From NCBI GenBank assembly GCA_036172245.1, contig JAYWIR010000056.1:186001-250000 (forward strand): a DNA stretch of 64,000 nucleotides, given 5' to 3'. Positions 26,901 to 37,290 of the stretch are shown here, one piece after another. The notes under the pieces are model-generated. The model saw only the letters and a program-made list of their open reading frames with translations. It was not told where the DNA came from and made no database searches. The translations under genes were made by a program, and so were the position numbers. Origin of the DNA: Raillietiella orientalis. Taxonomy: Eukaryota. Each line of letters starts with the position of its first letter. Positions within the stretch are counted from its first letter, which is position 1.

Positions 26901-28884
26901 ACGCCGGCGGGCAGCCTGGTATCCTTCCTGGAACATGAAGAGTATCCTCCAGCAGTGGCGACGCGAGACGCAACTGACCACGATTGCCCCAATCCGAGTG
27001 AGCCAACAGGTGTTCGTCTCCAGGTGAGCCCCCGGTCACGTCACCGGCAGCGACGGGAGTGGAGAGAGAGTCCCGGGACTTTCGGGAATCCCCCCCACAC
27101 CAGGTGAGTGCCGGACGTGGCGAGGGACTTCCAGTGCCTCGGAACCTTTTTTTGCCTCTGTAGCCGAATGTCCTTTTACGATAGGATCTACCTGGAGTAC
27201 CCTCGGAACACTTCCGACTTCCGGGTGCGCATCTCCCGGGCGGCTGCGGGGACGTGGTGATCCTCCGTCTGCGGATGCAGTTGACCACCAGCGGGCTCCT
27301 CGTGTGTCACCTACGGAGGCATCCCGCGGCTAGAGAGCGGCTCCGGGAGGTGTCTCGTGCTGCTCCCGTTATCTCGCCGTCATAGCGGAAGTGGACGCTG
27401 ATCACATGCGGGCAGTATCGTTGCGTCACCAGCTAGGAGGTTTCCCTGACTTCTTCCAGGGAAAAGACCGGCGGGCCGTAGGGGAGGCGCACTTTAGCAT
27501 TCTCGTCTACTTCTCCGGCCCCTTTGCCGCCTCCTCTGCACATCCCCGATGAATAATTTGTATCATCCACGAAGCATTAAACGCGGACACGCTCACGAGC
27601 AGGCCATTCATCTTCGGCTGGCCTCGCACACGCATCCGTGAGATGCCCTGGATGTGCCCCGGGCACCGCGGTGTCCTCCTCCTCTCCCCTGCTCGAGTTG
27701 CTCCACCGGAAAAAAAAAAAAAAAAAAACGGATGTGGCCGCGCGCTCACCGTTGGCGGAGCTCTCGCCTGGGAACCCTTTCCTGGGATCATCGGTGCCTT
27801 CGAGCCGGATTCTCCGAGAGCGGCGCGCGGTTGGAGGTGAAAGAAGAGAGGACCAGTCGCCCGCGCCGCAACGCCTTCCGGCTCCCGGAGCGGACGGCGG
27901 GGCAGTCTTCGGCGGGGAAACTCTCGCGGACGGAGGCGTTTTCGGACCCTCGGTCGGCTCTTCGCCGCTCAGCCCCGTCGCGAGCCGAGGGACTCCTTCC
28001 CGAAACCGCAAACCTTTGGAACCGCTTCCTTTTCCTTTGCTATGGACACTTTGGGCCATTTCAGAGTTTTCTATTGGGGACGACGTCCATCCCCTACTTT
28101 CTTTTCAGTTGCAAGCCCTCCCAGCAGCCTGCAGCCAGCTGTCACCGCGTCCTCCGCACAAAAGCGAAGAGAAGAAAGGGGGTTCTCCTAGCATTTCCGT
28201 GTCTGCGTCGACTCGGCGTGGTGTTTTGGTTGTTCCTCCATTGCTTTTTCTCCACCCCAAGAATTTCCTTTCGCCTTCCATCACTCAGGGTGATTCCACA
28301 TTGATGGTACATGGAGATGAGACGCTGTTCTAAGTACGGCGTCAGCCGCTTCTCCCAAGTCACCAAGCAACAGTCCCCCATTACGGTTTAATGAGAAATG
28401 GGCTTTAGGTGAGTGTTCCATCTCTTGTTTCAGGGTCTCAGGGTTGAACGAGTTCCAGGGTTTCCAGGTTGAACTGAGAAATCCGTGCGAAAAGTACTCT
28501 CGTCATTCACTGTTTCTCCTCCTTATTCCTGTTTATTTTTGTGAATTACGCCTGCTCAAGATTGTCTACCATTATTTGGATCTTTCATTCGGTTCCTGTT
28601 TGGGGATCCTAGCAACATTTGTTCCTGTGTTGGTTGTGTTTTGATAGTGAGAACACGTCAGGAAAACGTTTCCCATTCCGGAACGTTCATCACCGATGCT
28701 TTGTCGCTACGTTCCTTTCGGTGAATTCCAGGCAGAAGTAGCCCGTGGTGTTTCGAAAGCCCCCATCATCTTTAAAGGATGATTTCACTGCGTCTTTCAC
28801 TTTTTGCCTGATCCTTTGGGGTGTGATGTGATGTCAGTGATGCTTTTGAGGCAGCTGCAGGCAAGAGAAGGAAGCAATCGAGAG

Positions 28885-29095
28885 GCGTTGGCGGCCGAGT
28901 GACTACGGTCTCCGAACGTCGCGGGTTCGAATCCCCACGCGGAGGATCGGCGCCGAGAAAGGGGGGGCTGCGTCGCGGGTTTCGATTTCGATTTCCACCC
29001 GCAGGATGGCGCTGATTGTCGGCCTCGGTTGGCTTCGGGTGTGGCACTGCTTGACACCCGGTCACGCCGGGACATTTATTTATAACAAATAAACA
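28885..29095 (+). mobile_element. tRNA-derived SINE
   Basis: A-box-like CGGCCGAGTGA at 28892-28902, canonical B box GGTTCGAATCC at 28924-28934, GC-rich body, AT-rich tail ATTTATTTATAACAAATAAAC. There is no complete cloverleaf. Confidence 0.72.
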
Positions 29096-30006
29096 GAGAC
29101 ACGTCTGTGGCAGGACGCTTGATCCTGCCACTTCACTTATAACTACGAGAAGGAACCTGCCGGGAGCTGGCACGCAGGCCAGCGGGGTTCGTTTCGGCAG
29201 CAGAGGGGAAGGGGAGACAAAGGAAAAACAGAAAACGAAAAATTCAGTCAAAGAATGAAGGCTTCGGCAAGGATCACTGTGTGCTCGAGGGTGTCCTCTG
29301 CATCCTTGTAAGGATGCCGGCAAGTTCCTGTTTCAAGACTCCCAGATGGGACCATCTTGACGCTGTCCACATGAAGAGGACAGCAGAATGGATGCCGTCC
29401 CTGGACTGCTCTGGCGTTGCTCCACGCAGCCAACGGTCCCGCCGCGTGGGCAGCAAAGTGATGCTGAGCATACGACCAACGTGATGGCGTCGCGCACGAA
29501 GAGGCGTTTTACAACGCCTTTGGCGTAGCGGCCGGAGGTTCCAAGGGCCGTGACCAGGCGTCCCCAAAGGGGCCCGAGGGAAACACGGTCCACTAGGAGA
29601 TGTGGGAGGGATTCCCGCTCTCCGCACCTTGCACAGTTTGGGTCCACGCACACCCCGTGTCTAATGATGCCGGCGGGCGTTGCACGGGAGACTCCGATGC
29701 GACAGCATCAATGCCTACAATAAAGGTGGGACAGCGGTGGAAGCCGGAAACCGGATGCTCCCGTTGACTGGTCGGGATTGGAAGTTGACCCTCCGGAGCT
29801 GTTCCGGGAATCAAGGAGCCCTTCGGGGTTCCCAGACCGGTTGTGTGTCCCTCTCCCCCTCCCCCCGTTAGGGTGGGGTGGAACTCTACAACGCCTGACA
29901 TAGAGGTGGAGTGTTACATCAGCGCGCTGCTCCCTTCGAGGATCGCCCTTCAGAGAAATTCGGAAGCGTCCTTCCGGGATCCTCTTCAGAGGAGGAGAGA
30001 ACAAGG
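28886..30006 (+). repeat. Left arm of a 1121-bp inverted repeat
   Basis: Reverse complement of 33707-34827. ORF-track peptides are identical in several frames and mirrored coordinates always sum to 63713, so there are no indels. Spot checks were identical. Confidence 0.97.
29075..29880 (-). mobile_element. Duplicated 3' end of the decayed L1/Tx1-like element
   Basis: Mirror copy carrying the CARCGERESLPH motif (ORF 29333-29653) and the 3' UTR. Confidence 0.6.
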
Positions 30007-30172
30007 AGGTTCCTTTGCGGGTTCCCTCCAGAGAAGAAATTCCAGGAGCGGATCCTTTTCCGGGTTCCCCTCAGAGAAGAAATGAGCAGCCCTCACAAAC
30101 CGGGGATTTCTCCAGAGAGCATAAGGAAGAGGTTCCTTTTGGAGACAAGTAGAGCGAGGGTTTCCTTCAGAA
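29925..30172 (+). repeat. Degenerate ~40-bp minisatellite
   Basis: About six diverged units with a core like CCTT..CGGGWTCC..TCAGAGAA, for example ccttccgggatcctcttcagagga, cctttgcgggttccctccagagaa, ccttttccgggttcccctcagagaa. Confidence 0.6.
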
Positions 30173-30836
30173 CTCTATTCCAGGAGCAAGAGAGGAACGG
30201 ATTGCTTCCCCCGGAGCCTTCCTGGATTCATAGGGTGGTTCCTCCGGAATTAGTCCCTATAACCTGAAGAGTTGCATGAACCTTCGGGAGGCGGGGTCAG
30301 TGTTAAAGAGCTTCGTGAGTCTCCAGCGGATGCGAACAGTTCTTTGAGTACTCAGAGGACCAACAAAAAAAAAAGGAATCCAAAAGGATTCTCACCATTC
30401 AAATACAACCCTTTGAGGAGCGACTGGTGGTATGGAGAATGAGGTTTGGTGCGCACTGAAAAGACAATCACCTACCATCACCTGACAGTTGATTTTTCCA
30501 TATGGGATGAGGTTTTCCTCTTCCCCAAGTTCCCGCTCGACTGCTCGCTGTCTCGATCTTCATTGGCCACCAAACCGGCGTCCGGTACCGGAGAGAAACC
30601 TCGAAACTTAAAAAGTAACAGCAGCAGAGTTTTGAAGTCTTGAAGACAAAGTCACCAGGGTCCTCTGCTGCATAGAAAAATAGAATCTAAATTTATCTTC
30701 GATGCCTTCATCTTTTTCTTCCAACTTTTTCTTCCTCTTCCTCTTCATCTATGATGCTGGCTTCGATTAGCCAAATTAGGGAAACCCTTTGATAGTATGC
30801 ACTTCTTGGAATGTTCAGAAGTCTCCACAGTCTAGA

Positions 30837-30987
30837 GCCACGTGGACAATGTACCACTTGTTTATTTACTTCTAATGGATTTGTTTACGCACTCACAGAT
30901 GCTCTCGGACCTTCACAAAATCTTTATAGACTTAATCTTTATCTCTTCATATAACCTTTGCAGATCAAAACAGACGTTGCAATTCAT
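30837..30987 (-). pseudogene. RING-HC (TRIM-like) zinc finger remnant
   Basis: MNCNVCFDLQRLYEEIKIKSIKIL*RSESICEC, then VNKQVVHCPRG in a shifted frame. This follows the CxxC..Y..L.C.H.C..C..CP layout with a stop and a frameshift. Confidence 0.4.
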
Positions 30988-32269
30988 TTAAATGTACATT
31001 TAAAATACATTTAAATAATACTCTTGCAATAGGAAGTAATAAAGAACTGAAACAGGACTACCCTTCTTGATACGAGCGAGCTTTTTGCGGTCGGATGGAT
31101 GGGCGGGCGACGCGATGCTGTATCTGCCTGGGAACCACTTACCCGTCCAGGATCCGCGATCAACGCTGCTCGTCAAGGATGGCGACGTAGCACCTTTGTT
31201 TCTTGTTCTGCGGGACCTTCCAGCAGCGACCGAGAAGTTTTGAATCACCCTGCCTCGGGTTTCATTCGGGAGGAGCGGGAGCTCCCTCCAGATGGCCCGG
31301 CAGCTCTCGAGGGGGAAGGTGCTCCCCACCATCAGTAGTGTGACCATGTCGGGTCCTCCAAGAGAAGAACGCAGAATCTTCTTCTTCGGCGGGTCTTCGA
31401 GTTTGCAGCGAGCCGTGCTGCTACCAGATGCATCCAGTTGGCAGTGCCCTCCTTACCTCCTTAGACATACCTCCAATGGAAATCAAAGAGGAAACCAACG
31501 AAGAACTGGCTGGGGAGATTGCATGTTCTGCACCGAGCACCCCTGCCGAAGGCTTCGGCACCCCGACCCACAAGGAAGAGCTCTCAGGGAGAATCATTTG
31601 CGACTCTGCGGTACTATGCTTCTTCCGTGTCCCTCCAGCAGCAGCAGCAGCGCGGATACAACCTCCGGCGACTCCTCGCTGAGACGGCGTCAGCTGTTGC
31701 CTCATCCTCAAGAACAGAATCCCCAACAGCCTCTCCACTATCCTGTCGCCCATAGACGTAGCTGCTGGGTCCCAGTTTCCTAACCTAGCCTAACCTAGGA
31801 ACAGGGACCAGCGTTTTCACGGAAGACCTGTCTTCTCGTTTCTCGTCCCGGAGTTGGATCTGCATCTCGGATCTCTCCCTGGGTGCTCTGCGCGCAGAGG
31901 TTGATTGCGAAAAGGATCCAATCAATAGCTTCCGACTCCGGGTCCGCGATGCCCCGCGCCATACCCTCACAGAAGAGCAGGGATAACCCAGTGAGCAAGT
32001 CGCTGAGCACCTGGTCGAATCGAAGTTCTGCAGATCTCTGAGGAGGGCGAGCGGGAAGCAACGATTGGGCGGCTCTCGCTGGAGCAGCACGTAGGCTCAC
32101 GCGTTTCCCTGCTCGGCCACGAGGCGTGTCCTGTCGAAGAGGCTACCAAGTTGGACTGCGGCGTGCATCCCGAGGATCACGTGTGGTCCTCTGACAAGCC
32201 GTTTCGCAAGAGGCGCTGGTTGGTGCACACCTGCTGGCGAGGTGTAGAACCCAGCACACGCGCGATGGC

Positions 32270-34638
32270 ACGTGGGGGAGGCCATCTTCTCGGATTCTGA
32301 ATCGCCATGTATGGGACTCTATCTTTGCCGCAGCAATGGCACCTGGTCAGACAAGTACCAGAAGAAACGGTGCGAGAAGAAGGTGCTCCTGGAGCCGAGA
32401 AACCAATACGGAGGGGAGGAGGGAAAGGTGACTCGACCCCACTATCTGGTTGGTGTTCCATGGCAACAGGGAACCATCGCACTCGATTCTGTCTTCTGCC
32501 CCTGAGAGCACTCGGTGGAGCTCAGCAAAAGGAGAGCGAGTCCCGGGGCTGCTCCTCCCCTTCCGCCTCGGCTGGGCACCTGTGAGCGCGCAGGTGCTCG
32601 CGGAAGGGGGGGTCCCGGGCGCCTAGAGGTAAAACGGAAGCGCCTGTGTACAGATGGGGGAATGCAAGTCGTCTGTATCGCCGGCCAGATGACCACGAAC
32701 GCACCGGGCATTCCTCGGATCGTACGACCGCACGATGGAGAAAGTCGAGAGTCCTGCCGCCCACATCGATGCTGCGAGCCTCTCTTCTCGCAGAATCCTT
32801 TGGCGCGTCTCCGAGGAGACGGAAGAGAAGCGGAACTGTCCTAGGAGGTTCGTGAGCGTGTCACCTGAAGCGAAAAAGGAGTCTCTACGTTGAACCTGGA
32901 TGAGCGGCTCCGCGGACGGATTCCTCCTGTGGTTCGTAGGTTTTCCAGGAGGATGCTGGGGGAGCGAGGGAAGGGACCCGAAAGCCAAAGCTGAGCCGCT
33001 CTGGATCCACTCCATTCGCCTTTCTCCTGCTCACACTTCTCGGGTTTCTCTCTTTTCCGACTCGCATAAACAGCGCTCGGATTTTCTGCTTCGACTGCGC
33101 CGTCGTGTGGAGTCCGCTGAAAAGGGTGGGTCAAGGGTTCCGTCTTCGTCCGGGAGGGAGTTCCCGGAGCCTTCTGCGCCTCCGAGCGGCCCTCCTTCTT
33201 CATGTACTCTCGCGCTCGCTTGCGAGATCTAGCGGTCCTCTTCGTGGTCGAGCGCGGCTGGGCATCCCCTGGCGTTCTGAACGAGAGGAATCGCCCACGC
33301 GCGTGATGCAAGGATGCTGAAGGAAGGCGCTCTGCTCCGCTTCCATTTCCCAGCTGAGGCGGGCTCCCGTCCCCATCTTTCTCTGCTCATTTCTGACCGC
33401 CTCTTCGACCTCAGCCCACATCGCAACTGAGAATGATGGAAATCTTTTGAGGTTCTGCTGCTTTCGCTGTTTTGCTTCCAGTTTTTCTTTTTTTTTGGTT
33501 CTCAAGGAGCGCTGAAGAAAGCCGTTCGTCTCCCTAGGAAGGGCTCAGTAAACTCATTAACACTGTCCACGCCACCCCAGGGTTCGTGTCCACTCTTCAA
33601 GTTAGGGGGTAACCCCGGAGGCACCAGCCTGCGAATCTGTTCATTCCTTTGTTCTTCTTACTCTCATCCCGGTTGTCTCTGAAGGGGAGCCTGCAAGAGA
33701 ACGGCACCTTGTTCTCTCCTCCTCTGAAGAGGATCCCGGAAGGACGCTTCCGAATTTCTCTGAAGGGCGATCCTCGAAGGGAGCAGCGCGCTGATGTAAC
33801 ACTCCACCTCTATGTCAGGCGTTGTAGAGTTCCACCCCACCCTAACGGGGGGAGGGGGAGAGGGACACACAACCGGTCTGGGAACCCCGAAGGGCTCCTT
33901 GATTCCCGGAACAGCTCCGGAGGGTCAACTTCCAATCCCGACCAGTCAACGGGAGCATCCGGTTTCCGGCTTCCACCGCTGTCCCACCTTTATTGTAGGC
34001 ATTGATGCTGTCGCATCGGAGTCTCCCGTGCAACGCCCGCCGGCATCATTAGACACGGGGTGTGCGTGGACCCAAACTGTGCAAGGTGCGGAGAGCGGGA
34101 ATCCCTCCCACATCTCCTAGTGGACCGTGTTTCCCTCGGGCCCCTTTGGGGACGCCTGGTCACGGCCCTTGGAACCTCCGGCCGCTACGCCAAAGGCGTT
34201 GTAAAACGCCTCTTCGTGCGCGACGCCATCACGTTGGTCGTATGCTCAGCATCACTTTGCTGCCCACGCGGCGGGACCGTTGGCTGCGTGGAGCAACGCC
34301 AGAGCAGTCCAGGGACGGCATCCATTCTGCTGTCCTCTTCATGTGGACAGCGTCAAGATGGTCCCATCTGGGAGTCTTGAAACAGGAACTTGCCGGCATC
34401 CTTACAAGGATGCAGAGGACACCCTCGAGCACACAGTGATCCTTGCCGAAGCCTTCATTCTTTGACTGAATTTTTCGTTTTCTGTTTTTCCTTTGTCTCC
34501 CCTTCCCCTCTGCTGCCGAAACGAACCCCGCTGGCCTGCGTGCCAGCTCCCGGCAGGTTCCTTCTCGTAGTTATAAGTGAAGTGGCAGGATCAAGCGTCC
34601 TGCCACAGACGTGTCTCTGTTTATTTGTTATAAATAAA
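32270..34638 (+). mobile_element. Decayed, internally deleted L1/Tx1-clade non-LTR retrotransposon
   Basis: ORF1-like VTRPHYLVGVPW...LDSVFCP (32272-32505) with possible degenerate zinc-knuckle residues at ~32645-32780. A possible endonuclease start FVSTLQVRG lies at ~33583-33610. The ORF2 C-terminal zinc motif SHRSLPCNARRHH / CARCGERESLPHLLVD is at ~34010-34125, with AATAAA at 34633. Many stops and frameshifts; no RT core seen. Confidence 0.55.
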
Positions 34639-34827
34639 TGTCCCGGCGTGACCGGGTGTCAAGCAGTGCCACACCCGAAGCCAACCGAGGCCGACAATCA
34701 GCGCCATCCTGCGGGTGGAAATCGAAATCGAAACCCGCGACGCAGCCCCCCCTTTCTCGGCGCCGATCCTCCGCGTGGGGATTCGAACCCGCGACGTTCG
34801 GAGACCGTAGTCACTCGGCCGCCAACG
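33707..34827 (-). repeat. Right arm of the 1121-bp inverted repeat
   Basis: Reverse complement of 28886-30006. Confidence 0.97.
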
Positions 34828-34828
34828 G
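34618..34828 (-). mobile_element. tRNA-derived SINE (mirror copy)
   Basis: Same sequence as 28886-29095; B box at 34779-34789 on the minus strand. Confidence 0.72.
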
Positions 34829-37051
34829 CGACGGAAAAGTCGTCCGAGAGAAGTGGCATTTTCTTTCATCCGCGTCACAAAAAAGCCACTTCCTTGCAAC
34901 TCAAATGAGAAGCTGGCTCTGGAGAGCTAAAAGAGTTCTCTAAGTTTCCATGGACCGTTAGGGAATGCAGGGTTCGGTCAGCTGGTTCCGCGCGCCCCTA
35001 CGGAACAAAGAGGCTCGAATGGACCGTCAAAGCGCGCCAGCTTCCCGCAGAACATGCCTCTTGCCCAATGATTTCCATGATCCAGGAATACGTGGACCAT
35101 GGAAGGCATTGGTTCTTTTCCTCCTTCTTTGATACAGACTGCGTTCAACCTCTGGCTGTCGAGACTTCTTGGGGTGCACATGAGGATCGCCTCATGCCCC
35201 GAGCCTGGGTCTCGGCATGCAGACTGCGAATGCAGTTCTCGGACATAGGAATCGATGCGGTGGGGCTTGTGGGTGGAAGCGAAGACGGGGGAGGGGGGAC
35301 CAACTAGCTTTAGGCGGAGGTTACTTCAGTCTCTTCTACCTGAGCGGGGTCGTCTCCCGTGTCTCCTGCTCGATTGCAGCTCCTGAGATGACAAAAACGC
35401 GTTTCCTCACGTCTGGATGCGCTGCAGATACTCATCGCTTTGCGTGCTCCCCCAGGGTTTGCTGAAGAAGATGGGAAGATATCTCTGAGGATGCGGACAC
35501 GCACCGTTCTGCTTCCCGGAAGCACCTGCAGCGATTTTCCAGAGATGTTTCTGATTTGCTTGGAGGTCCATCTTTTTTGTTCCCTGGTCCACCTCACTGG
35601 TTTCTGGTCTTCGCTCCCTTTCCGCAGCTTCGAGTTTATTCTCTTCAAAACTTCGCCGCTTTTTGCAGACATGGGGAAAAAAGCATCCATTAGTTGCAGT
35701 CTTTTTCTGGGTTCGAAGCAGAGCTCGTCACACCAGCAGCTTTCGCATTTTTTTTTCTTTTCTTTTTTCTAAAAAATGAAAAAAAAAAAAAAAAAAAAAG
35801 ATGTCGACTTTTTCTCAGGCACGATGGACGCAGCTTCATCGCTCGCCTATCGCGACTGACATCCGAACTTTCCAGTTTTCTTTGGGTAACAGCGTTTTAG
35901 GAATCATCCCGGAGTGAAAACTGTTGAAAGGATTCATGGATTTTTTTTTCTTAAAAAAAAAACCGTTCGAAGAGATACTGTGGATCATTTCCAACACTTT
36001 CATTTGCTTTTGTTCCGGAGCGTTCGCTTCTTCCCTATGCTGACGCGTGGGGAGAATTCACGTTCCAGGTTGCTTCCAAAGAACCCCAGTGAGCGCATCA
36101 ACGCCGTCGCAGAATTTCCTTCAGCACGTGGTCCCTGAATTCAAGTGTGCGAAACAGACGCAAGTGGCATCCGAACCCATCTTCGATCTTCCTTTCCTTT
36201 CCTTTCCTTCCTCTGACTGAGACTGATTAAGAGCTAATAACGAATGGCCGCGAAGATGGACTTTGATAAGCGTGTGCCTCCTCCTACGTAAAAACACACA
36301 CACAAAAAAAATCTTCCTGCAGAGCCCTGGTTGATATGGGCGGCAGCCTTCCTTCACCTGCTTCCTATTGAGCAATGGTCAGCGGTTTTGCAAGAGGTGC
36401 ATTCTGGAGTCAAAGATCACTTCCCCAGCATGGCAAACCCATTGCTTCCAGTGATGGCTTTTCACTGCAGCAGTGCCTACCACGAAGAACGATTACCTGA
36501 ACACATAACTCTTTCAACGATCACCCTCCATTCAAATTTGCTCCCACTTGGCTTCCTCTCGAACGTTTCACCTTACTGTAAGCAAACCTCGCTGTGCTGC
36601 CCTAAGGAGAAGTTTGCTCTTTTCACTCGCGACCTGTCAACTTCTCCCAAGCGTAAGCGTCCGTACGCGCGCGCGCCTCCATCCTGCAGGCTTGGCAGAC
36701 GTCGGAAAAACGCTGTCGAAAGTTGGACTCAGCTGCAAGGCGAATTCACATCGCACGCAGGGAGAAGAGTCGTTTGCGAATATCTTCTCTCCCCGTGCAC
36801 CCCCTCGCTGCTGCTGCTGCTGCTGCTGCTGTGGAAACCACTGCCATCTTGCGACGAGCGTTCAAACCTTCGCTTTCCAAACGAACGAGGAAGGAAGGAA
36901 AGGAAAACAGAGAAGTCCGAAGTGGTAAACTTCGGGCCGAGCCTTCCAGCGAACGACCCTCGGTGACATCAGCGAAACTGCGATTGAATTTTCCGAGCAC
37001 GATGTTTCCCGCTTTGGGAGCAGAGAACGAGCAATAAATGGTGAGCAATTA

Positions 37052-37290
37052 CGTTTGGTCCGGTAATGAAACGGCCCCACTTGAGCTCTACGTCCGTACT
37101 CTACTGCAAGTCACGACAAGGGGGAGTAGAGTGCCCATACACGCTCTGATAAGGCGGTCCTAGCAGCCAGTCTATGGGAGGTGTGTCCACACTCACAAAA
37201 CGCGGCAGCCCAAACCCACAGGACGACTATGAGCATAAGGGAGCTGCCCACGATCCAGCATCACGACGGCCAAGCAGCTTGACAGATCGC
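37052..37290 (+). mobile_element. Short L1-like ORF2 post-RT fragment
   Basis: Frameshifted pieces VWSGNE / LYCKSRQGGVECP / KAVLAASLW resemble the F.W.G...L.....GGL..P...A.L...W motif. Confidence 0.35.

Noticed and set aside
28885..28945. Functional tRNA gene
   Set aside because: A B box is present but the anticodon arm is truncated and there is no acceptor stem; better explained as a SINE head.
28886..34827. Autonomous TIR DNA transposon or Polinton
   Set aside because: No transposase, integrase or polymerase ORF in the spacer, no TSD, and the arms consist of retroelement debris.
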